DNA from: Guillardia theta CCMP2712
Lineage: Eukaryota; Protista; Cryptophyta
Assembly (NCBI RefSeq): GCF_000315625.1
Contig: NW_005434394.1
Span: 1-33,864 of the forward strand
Direction: 5' to 3'
Length of the DNA stretch: 33,864 nucleotides
Shown here in pieces: positions 21,469 to 30,913 of this stretch; the stretch's first letter is position 1; each line of letters starts with the position of its first letter. The notes beneath the pieces are model-generated. The model worked only from the letters and a program-made list of their open reading frames with translations. It ran no database searches and had not been told where the DNA came from. The position numbers and the translations under genes are program-made.

Positions 21469-21703
21469 TATTCACAAAGAAACCTATCTCTCTTAGGTAA
21501 CTTTGATGAAAATAAATCACAATGAAAACACAAATTTACCTCGCTTTTGAGACCGATGTAACTATGCTTGGGGAACAAGCTACACTCTCAAATCAAAGCG
21601 GAATGACAGTGATAGTTTCTGAAACAACTGCACCACGAACACTGTTTGGCATTCCTGAAAGTTAACTTTCAGTGGATAGTTATACTTTGTTTGGAGGTAC
21701 AGG

Positions 21704-22278
21704 TCAGGACATCACACAATCATGGAGAATGGAGTAAGAGTTACATAGCACAGCTTCCTCACATTCGTGGGCTGATGCGATAACCTGACATACGTCATGA
21801 TTATCCATCAGGGCGATGGCGCGTAAATACATCCACCAGGGTGTATGAAACGTACTCTTACGGACAAACTTACCAAATCTATGATGGTATGTACGTACAC
21901 ACGACTCAGTTGTGTATGTGGCGCCATCTTACCTGGTAATAACAGTTTGCCGTCGGCCATGCTGATCTCTAGACACAGCAATGGTTGCTCTAAACTTCCA
22001 TTTGAAGCTAGTTGATATTGCAAAAGAGCAATATCAGGGTTATTTCTGCCTACCCACACAGTCAGCAGTGTGTTTAAAGATGCAGAACAACTTCTTATTA
22101 CCTCAAATATGTTTCACGCACTTCTTATCACACGTTCTGAAACGTGATGATGAGAAACGTTGAGACATGTGTGGAAACCTCGTGATCTGTTCACTTGGAG
22201 AGCTTTGAAGGCTGGTATGAGCAAAGATCTCGAACCTTCACAAGGGTACAACAAGGGGAACTCACCGTTCTCGACCAT
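21704..22278 (-). CDS. Putative spliced antisense gene inside the copia 3' region (tentative ~88-aa model)
   Basis: Minus-strand donors G|GTGAGT (22265), AG|GTTTCC (22178), AG|GTAATA (22101), AG|GTAAGA (21932) and TG|GTAAGT (21873); the first four pair with AG acceptors giving introns of ~54, 55, 56 and 54 nt. One joinable model is MVENAFKALQVNRSREVRETYLRNNPDIALLQYQLASNGSLEQPLLCLEISMADGKLLLPDLVIASAHECEEAVLCNSYSILHDCVMS*. Confidence 0.4.
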
Positions 22279-22436
22279 TGACGAAAAGTTGGTTCCGCCA
22301 TTTTCGCTCGATTGGTACCTTTTCGTGAAAGGTCACGTAGACCCTCATACCGACATTGGGACCTATGGGTTGGCCCGATGCTGTATGCTATCAAACAAAT
22401 GCTCTCATCTTCGGTGACGACACGCAAGTTTCGAGC

Positions 22437-22445
22437 AAGGGGGAG
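22437..22445 (+). promoter_or_regulatory. Polypurine tract
   Basis: AAGGGGGAG directly abuts the TG start of the 3' LTR. Confidence 0.85.
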
Positions 22446-22905
22446 TGATGTTGTACCCATGACATCGTTGCACTTGTAACGATGCAACAGCATCATGCCG
22501 AAATAGCAAAAACTATAAGGGCAATATGAAGTTTTATGTGGAATACCTCAGGTACCGTGTCGGGTACATTTTGGTACTTCATCAGGCAAATACCGACTGT
22601 CATGTGTACCATGCCCAACGTGGCAGGGCGCATCTTGTACGGTGGACCTGGCGGCTAGTCGTAAACTCAGTACATACGACAGGTAGAGTACTATGAGGAT
22701 GAGACTTGACCGTACCATAGCAAGATCATTTACGACACTATTTAAGCTCAGAGAGGAGCGGACACCTTCGCTGCTCGTTTCCTCGCCACTCTTACACATC
22801 AGTCCCTCATACGTTATCTTGCTCTGCTGATACATAAACAAATCTAGCTTCATTCTTCATTCTCCCAAGCACACCTTGCTACGTTGTGGAACAAGTCTCA
22901 CATCA
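22446..22905 (+). repeat. 3' LTR
   Basis: Direct repeat of 14850-15309, followed by the ATGAA TSD. Confidence 0.97.
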
Positions 22906-23905
22906 ATGAACGCCTTCAGATCCGACCGTCGTTGAACCGTCAGTGATACTAATGGCAGGAACTGCAAAGTTGCGTCCCGAGTCTGACGGTCAGTCGGGTA
23001 TCGCCGATCATGGGCCATCGCTTGCTGCTGGACAGCAGGCTGTGATCAACTTAGCTCGGCTGAGCTGCAACACTACTGATGATTTCCGAAGTCACAGTCA
23101 GGTACCACCGTGACGGTAAAACACACTGTGACAACTTGAATTCATTCATCGGCAACCCGAAGTTCAACGGTTGAGGCTTCAAGTCATCAGCCTTCCGAAG
23201 TTCCGAACAACCTGGCAACTTGGAGGGCCCGGCGCCTCGCCACCGGTGACTCGCCGGGACCGTGACGTCAGGCCAGTGTGCCGGGCCGTGCAGCCGCGTG
23301 ACTGCAGCCGCGGCCGGCGCTGTGACAGCCCGGAAACTTTGAACCGTGGCCCGGGGTGAGGGGACCGTCGGCCCTGTCCGACCGGCCGGGAAATCACCGT
23401 ACAGTAGTACTACAGGTGAAAAAATGCTTTATACTTTACTCAAAGTTAAGTGAAAACAACTAGGATACATGGACTGGGAAGCAGCATCCGAGCCGAAAGG
23501 TTACGGTTAGTCAGGTCAGTGACAGCTGTAGTCAAGAAGATAACGTGCTGTAGTAAAGTCCGGAAGTTGACGATGAAGAGGTCATATGGAGGCAGGTTCG
23601 GGTTCCAAAACTTGGATAGGTTGCAATTTGAAGCTTTAGCGAGAATTTTCAAATACTTTCCGATCTGTACAGGCAATTGCTGTGAGGGGTGGAAACAGAT
23701 ACTCCGCGGGGTAGGGGGTGGTGATTTCCGAGTGGAAATTTACGTGGAAGTCAGGTTTCGTACCAAGTCACGTTACCCCCAAAGAGTTCATCCCCAAGTT
23801 TACTACACAACAAGAAGTCGTTAACCGCTCCCTCGTGACCTCAAGTCCCCGCCCTCTCCCTACATCACCCGCAGCAGACCTGACCCCACAGCACCCTCGT
23901 CGCAC

Positions 23906-24226
23906 ATGCTCATGCTGCAGCCTTCCTTCGATCTCCTCTCCCTCTCCCCCCTCTCCTCCCCTCTCCCCGCCTCCTCCCATCCCCTCCTCGACGACTCCAG
24001 CTCCGACGGCTCCGACTCCGACTCCGACCTCCAGCTCGCCGAGGTACTGCGACCTTCGTCGCCTGTGTCAGCCAAGAGGATGAGCAGCGAGGAGGGGGCG
24101 AGGGACAGGAGGAGCGGGCCGTCGAGGGAGCGGCAGCTTGCGGCGCTGAGGCACTGCATCGAGCTTCTGGAGCGAGCAGAGCGGCCGGTGGTGTACGGGG
24201 CGACGGGGGAGGCGATACGGCTGTGA
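23906..24226 (+). CDS. Orphan 106-aa multicopy gene, copy D
   Basis: Intact ORF. Three clustered differences from copy C (GTG>GTA, AGA>CGA, CCC>CCT in VLRP) are all synonymous on this strand. AATAAA at ~24326. Confidence 0.72.
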   Translation: MLMLQPSFDLLSLSPLSSPLPASSHPLLDDSSSDGSDSDSDLQLAEVLRPSSPVSAKRMSSEEGARDRRSGPSRERQLAALRHCIELLERAERPVVYGATGEAIRL

Positions 24227-24874
24227 AGACGAGGGACGAAGATACGTGAACGCAACAAGCTGATCGATACTGTGTCATGAAGATGTACAGAGGATGTAGA
24301 TATAGAGCCACGAGCAAGATGTATGAATAAAAAATACCATGCCTGCAAAGATCCTGTTGTACTATTTGAGGTCCATTTTGGTTCGAGTTTGCCTTATCTA
24401 CTGCTAGATTAGCACATGCTATGATCGTGTACTTTTGATGTCTTCATGATATATTTGGAGTGAGTGCTGACATGTTTGGGAGAAACACGTATTGCATGAC
24501 AGTCGATGAACTGAAAACTACAGGCATCTTCGAGTGGTTGGGCAGAAGTGATGAATTTTTCCGGTGATGATGATTGTTGTTTCCATGAACAAGCCACAAA
24601 GCACCTTAGTCTAACGAGCAGACAACTGGTCTGACGATCCATGTCCTCACAAGAAAGGGCCTTGTTTGGTGGACTGCATTAGATTCAGAAGAAGAAAGAT
24701 ATCTATGTAATCATCGAAGCTGGAAGAACTCCTGATGAAGTTGACAACAATACTGCAGCCGCATGATCTCCATTGATCGTGTCTTTTATTCATACACCTT
24801 GCACATACCTCCTATCTCTACATCCTCTGTACACCCTCTCTACATCCCGCCTCCCTCCAACCCTCTCCTCCTCT

Positions 24875-25195
24875 TCACAGCCGCATCGCCTCCCCCGTCG
24901 CCCCGTACACCACCGGCCGCTCTGCTCGCTCCAGAAGCTCGATGCAGTGCCTCAGCGCCGCAAGCTGCCGCTCCCTCGACGGCCCGCTCCTCCAGTCCCT
25001 CGCCCCCTCCTCGCCGCTCCTCCTCTTGGCTGACACAGGCGACGAGGGTCTCAGCACCTCGGCGAGCTCGAGGTCGGAGTCGGAGTCGGAGCCGTCGGAG
25101 CTGGAGTCGTCGAGGAGGAGGTGGGAGGAGGCAGGGAGAGGGGAGGAGAGGGGGGAGAGGGAAAGGAGATCGAAGGAAGGCTGCAGCATGAGCAT
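24875..25195 (-). CDS. Orphan 106-aa multicopy gene, copy E (convergent with D)
   Basis: MLMLQPSFDLLSLSPLSSPLPASSHLLLDD...GEAMRL*, ATG at 25195. Shares an extended 3' flank with copy A. Confidence 0.7.
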   Translation of the reverse strand: MLMLQPSFDLLSLSPLSSPLPASSHLLLDDSSSDGSDSDSDLELAEVLRPSSPVSAKRRSGEEGARDWRSGPSRERQLAALRHCIELLERAERPVVYGATGEAMRL

Positions 25196-26268
25196 GTCGG
25201 ACTGTTGTGGGTGAGCGTGTGTGGTTTGGAAGGCGGTGGGGGAACCTGACACTTGAAGGGGGGGAGGCGACAGGCCTCTTTACCACACACCAACTCAGTC
25301 CGGCTTGTTACCACACTGTGACAGCCATCCGGTACAGAACGGAAATTCCGCCAGGTCTCAAGCTCTTTACCACACCTCTATAAATATTTTAGTCCAGCCC
25401 CCTCGTGACCTGGTCGGCGTTCCCTGAGCGGAACTCGTTGCGGAACTTCCCGAGGCCTCGGAACTCGGAACAATAATATAGCTACTGCCAGATATAGGCC
25501 ACTGTGACAGCCGCTGAGCCGCTCCGACGATCCGGTCGGATTATCGGATGGTCCGACTCTGGGGCCAGCGCCCCCGTACAGGGGCGGCGGGTCCAGGAGG
25601 GCCGCCGAGCCCCGGCGGTCAGATCATCATGGCACACCAGAACGGTACTGTCACAGTACTACTGTCGGACCCGGTGACCCGTGGGCGTCAACTTCTCAGT
25701 GACTCAAAATTGAGTTAAAGATCACCAGTCACCCGGTCACCGTCCTGGTCACGGTAACTCGTAAAGTTTTCAGCACTGATTTACTAAGTTCCGAAGTTCG
25801 GCATGATGATTTACCCGGGCCGCCCGCCCGGCCCGCGGCTGCCCGCCGCCGGGCCGGCCGACGGACGGCCGACCCTCTGGCCGCGGAGTCCCCGGGGCCC
25901 CCGGGAGCCTCGCCGGGTCCCGGAGTTGTCCGGAGTCCGGACAGGCTCCGGGAGTCCGATCCGATCGGCCGGGGGCCCGGTGGTACTCCGAGTCCGGACT
26001 CGGCCCGGGCCGGCGGCGCCGTCACTGAGACTGTCGGAGGCTCCAAGAGCTTCCCAGCCCGGATTTCTTCCTGGTGGGTCAGGGACCCCATCAACTCGAT
26101 CACCCCACCCCTAATTTCTCTTTTCATATCCACCCCTCCTAGAATTTACCTGATAAAAGGGGTAGTGGAATAGGATAACTGAGTACCCTACCCCAATAAA
26201 ATCTTCTCGTACCCCACCCCTTTGAGTTCGCAAAGTTGTTGAGGGAGACCAATAGAGGAACGCGATGG

Positions 26269-29200
26269 ATGTGCGAACTGGGAAGGGGGGAGGAGAGGAG
26301 GAGAGGAAGAGAGGCGGTAAGAGGAGAGCATGAGAGGCGACTAGAGTGACAGGGACAGGAGGAAGACTCATAGTCAGAGGCTAGAGAGAGAGAGAGCGAT
26401 GATGAAGAGCAGCAGCATCGAGATGGTAACCTTTGGAAAGGCCGTCGAAGTTGGAGCTGCAAGGAATGACGCGAACTAAGAGCTGATCCTCTTAGCGAGA
26501 TTGGACAACCATGAGCTGCTGTAGAGGAATAGGAATCCACTCGGGCAGCGACGATGATTATTCCATCTTGGAGGCATTGTGCCATTCCCTTGACTGCGAG
26601 ATGTACGGGGTGAAGGTATCCGAGCATGTGTCGCATTCAGATCGACATGAGAAGATGATGCTTCAGAGCATGATGCTCGACCATCTGTTCCTGCCAGCTC
26701 TCGTCAAGGTCTTGAGCTCGGAGGAGTCGGCAAGCATGCTGGACTGCATCGAGAAGGCAAAAGGGATGCAACGGAAAGACGCGAGCGCGATGAAGGAGTG
26801 GTCGAGGGAGATGAACCATTTCCAGATGTTCTGCTCGTACTGGAGGAAGGAGAACTTTCCTGAAGACCTCAGGAGGATGAATCAGTCCTTGGCAAGGTCC
26901 AAGAAGAAGCTCTACGACGTGACGACGAGCCTTGAAGGGGATGAGGATGCTCGTTGGTCATGGCGGAGTGTGACCGACGACGACAGGGTTCGTGTGGTCG
27001 ACGTGTCTCGGGAGGAGGAGGAAGGAGCTCCTGGCAAAGTGCCGCAGGATCCTGCAGCAGCTTCTGTTCAGATCATCCGCGTGAACGAAGGGCCGGAGCT
27101 CCACCATCGTACTGTTGGCATTCTGATCCTTTTGAAAGCACCAGGGGCCGTGGAGGCGTTTGACAGCCAGGTAGCAGCTCTGGAGAAGGAGAGAATCAGG
27201 CAGGAGGTGTCGAAGAGGCCCTGCAGGCTCGAGCTCTTGGGGAGTGGAGGGTGTAAAGGATACAGGTCAGCGATGGAGGTGAAGGAGGAGGAGTTGGAGG
27301 ACTTCAGCCTGGGCTCGTTCGAGCAGGCTGTGGTGAACGCGTTTCAGTCGAGCAGCTTCACTCACCCTCGACCTGTCAAGATCAAGCTGAAGGAGGTGAA
27401 TCTGATCGACGGAGGGGTGCGAGACTGTCCTCCCTACAGCAGAGAGGCAGGGAGCTTCTTCGGAGATGTCGTGCGCCGGTACAGGGAGCAGTCGGGTAGA
27501 GCGATAGAGCTAGAGACGTCAAGTCAGCTGGTGATGAAGTTCAGGATCGAAGCTGGGGCAGCGCATGCTCCATGGGACGATGGAGACGAAGAACTTCAGC
27601 GAGCTGTCTCCTCGGACGACGCCAGAATGGCTCAAGCAGCGCTGCGAGGGATGGGGAGGGTCTTCCCCGAGCAGCACGCGGTTGCCGTTAGGTTGCTCAA
27701 TCGGCTCAAGTTCGTCCTGGCAGAGCAGCAGGGGAGCCTGAAGGACTTCAGCAAGCTTGAATTTGCGATCCTCGTGCCCAACGTCTGGTCGCTGAGGCAG
27801 CAGACCATGTCGCAGATGCGAGCAGCTCTGTTCCCCGACGAACCCATGTCGTCCCAGCTCCGAAGGAGGGTGATTCCCCATCAGGACAGGGCGGTAGAGG
27901 AGCTGAGGGAGGCGATACGTAGGGGGCCCCCATCGACCCTCTTCGTCATCATCGCCGACCAGTCGCACTGGGGGCTGAACAAGGGGGGCCCTGTCGACAT
28001 GCTCGTCAACGACGAGCTGCTGCTGCGCCAGCGCAACTTCATCGTCCTCCTCGTCAGTGCTACCCCCTTCGCTAACCTGACCTGGCACAGCAGGATCCCC
28101 GAGCGGTACGTGAAGTTCGATGACGACGACCCTCTGCGGTCGATCGTCTCGGCCAGCAAGCTAAGTGACATGGGGAGGAAGAAGCGAGGAGGAGCGGGGG
28201 GGGAGGAACTCCACGTTGTGCGATGGAGGAGGAGGAGGCAGTCGGGTCGATGTGCTTTCTTTGGGCTGGAAGACTTTCTCAGGACGATGCCATCAGCCAT
28301 CCTCAAGGAGTGTATCCTGCCTGACGACGGTGAGAACTCGGAGAAGGAAGGAGGACTGCGGCGGCGGGATCAGCTGATACGGGGGGATCCGGAGCTTTCA
28401 AAGATCATGGAGCAGCACTGCAAGGGACGGGGGAAGAAGAAGGGGGAGGTGATCTTGAGGGAGCATGTCTGGCTTGCAGACGTCCTGCTGTCTTTGCTAT
28501 ACTTTCGCAAACTTCGGTGGGATGCAAAGGCCCAGGAGCTGCGGAGCCTCGAGCAAGCGTCTAAGTTTTTCCAGCTCGAGAAGCTGAGAGAGATGAAGCT
28601 GGAAAAGGAGTACAGGGACATGGCAGAGCGATGCTCGCTGGGGGTGATGAAGGCAGCAGAGGTCCTCCTGAACGAGATCAAGGCTGCGATATTGCGGCTC
28701 TCCACCTCCACCTCCTCCTCCTCCGCTCCCCCTCCTCTCTCTGCCGCCGCTCCTCTCGCCGACGCCTTCTTCGCTAAGTTGACCCACGAGGCTCGAGGAG
28801 GCGACGACCGGGTTGTGCATGCTGAGGAGAGCAGGTTCTTCCAGCTGAACGAGACCGACGCCATGGTCAAGGACCTCCTCCTCCACAACCGGCTGCCCAA
28901 CGGGCTCTGCGGACACATGAAAGTTGTCAGGCTTTTCAGCGTCGAGCAAGCGGACGAGATCGTCCGCGGCCTGAGGAAGAACCGAGACGAGCTGTTCGGC
29001 AAGAAGGCTCCTCCCTTTGCCGTCATCAGCAACCATGGCGGCTGCCCTCTCCTCGACGGCATCGAGCCGTACTTCCGCAAGCAGCCGATCGTGTACAACA
29101 GGGATCGGCCCCCTCGCTCTCTCAGCTCTCTGCTACGTGCGAGGGAGAGGGAGGAGGAGGCGAGGGGGGAGGAGGGGGGGGAGGGGGAGGGGATCCAGTG

Positions 29201-29354
29201 CAGGGACCTCGAGGGGCTACCAGGGATTCTGTTCCTGACGGAGAGGGGGAGGATGGGGGAGACTTTTCCTCACTCCTTTGACTGTCTTGACATGCGAGTG
29301 AGATGGTCGGAAGATACCACGTCTGTGATTCAGGTGCCTCCTGCTCCTCCTGCT

Positions 29355-29408
<54 letters not shown>

Positions 29409-30872
29409 CCGTCTTTCGTCCTTCGTCCCCTCCTCCCCTTTCCCCTCTGCCTCCTCCTGCGTGCCCACTGCGTCTTTTCTCTGAATTCTCACATCTCTCC
29501 TTGCTTCTCCAACCCTTGTAACATTCTCAAACCCTCCTCCATGAAACTCGTCTCCTCACTTCATCCTTGCAGGAGTTGGGGAGGCTGAGCAGGCATGCGG
29601 GCACGAGGGAAGCACTGCCGTTCAGCTCGGTAGACGATGCGATGGCGCTAGCGGATCAGCGGAAGTGGTTCGAGGAGGGGGGGAGGCCGATCGCTGTGTA
29701 CGCGAAGCAGGGGGAGGAGGTGATGGAGGTGGCGGAGGCAGGAGGAGGGAGGATGCGGCTGGTGGGGATGGCCTGGAGTCGGAGGAGCTGGACAAGGAGG
29801 AGCATGCTGAAGGTAGTCGGGTCGGGGAAGGTTTTGATGCTGAAAGACGAAGGGTCGAGTGAACTGTATGAGATGAAGGATGTCAGACTGGAAGGAGAGG
29901 AAGGAGGAGGAGGAGGAGGAGGAGGAGGAGGAGGAGGAGCGAGAGAGGATACGACGGACTTGGATCTGACTGGCTGCATGCTCATCCACTTCCCCAGCTG
30001 CAGTCGAGCTGGCAGCTCGAGCTTCAACTGGCGGGAGAGCAGATGCCTTGAGATCGTCGACCATGACCGCGTGTCCTCTTTGATCCGGGTCAGGAATCGC
30101 TCGAAGTCCACGGACCCCAGCAGGTTCGGAGCAGGAAGCTGTTACACGATCGTGCGGGATGCTGGAAGTCTAGAGTGGCTTACGAGCAGCAGCAACTGCC
30201 CGTACGGGGGAGAGCTCAGGGAGCTGGAGCACGCGCTGCCCTGTGCTCTTGTCAGCGAGCGGTTGTACGACGCGATCGGAGAAGCGGTGGAGGTGGCGGA
30301 GGTCAGCAGCCGGGAGGTGTGGAAGTGTATCAGGCTACAGTCGAGGCTCCACACGCACGTGAGGAGGAGGGAGAAGGGAAAGGACCTCAAGATCAACTAC
30401 GACGAAAACGAGCTCCATGACTACAGGATGAAGCACGTAGCCGTCTCCTCCTCCTCCTCCCCTCCTCCTCGCAGCTCGTCGGCACGGCTGCCATCGAGCA
30501 CTGCGACTGGTGTGAGGACCCTGACGAGAGGGGGAGGCACAGGCTACGCTTCCTCCTGCATGCCGAGTGTCAGGCCGGCAAGACAGGAGCGTACCTCTGT
30601 CTCCTCCACCTCCTCCGCCAGGAGATCAGCAGCAGCTCCTCGTCTGCCTTCGCCTGCCTGCCGCCACTTGGGAGCTGGCAGGAGATCGAGGACGAGCGGT
30701 GGCAGGAGAGGAGGGCATGGGAGTTGCCGTACTGGGAGGACCTGGCGAGGCAGCAAGTGGACGAGAGGGAGATGAAGGAAGGGAGATACTACAAGCTGAT
30801 CATCTTACAGAGGTTGAGGTTGCTGATCAAGTGCAGGATGGAGGAACGCTCTTCCTCCTCTCCCGCCTCTTG

Positions 30873-30913
<41 letters not shown>

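Larger units (their letters stand above)
14850..22905 (+). mobile_element. Full-length Ty1/copia LTR retrotransposon (8056 bp)
   Basis: Two 460-bp LTRs with TGATGT...ACATCA termini. 5-bp target-site duplication ATGAA (14845-14849 and 22906-22910). PBS after the 5' LTR, PPT before the 3' LTR. Domain order gag-PR-IN-RT-RNaseH is diagnostic of copia. Confidence 0.98.

Noticed and set aside
22160-22417. Sense ORF containing HVDPHTD, superficially like a 2OG-Fe(II)/TET-JBP HxD motif that would partner the TAGT enzyme
   Set aside because: Only 85 codons, no ATG-anchored fold, and no distal His/Arg motifs at proper spacing; the minus-strand splice pattern explains the region better.
10745-25200. 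Paralog copies as LTRs or terminal inverted repeats of a larger composite element
   Set aside because: No TG..CA ends, TSDs or consistent orientation; A and E are both on the minus strand.
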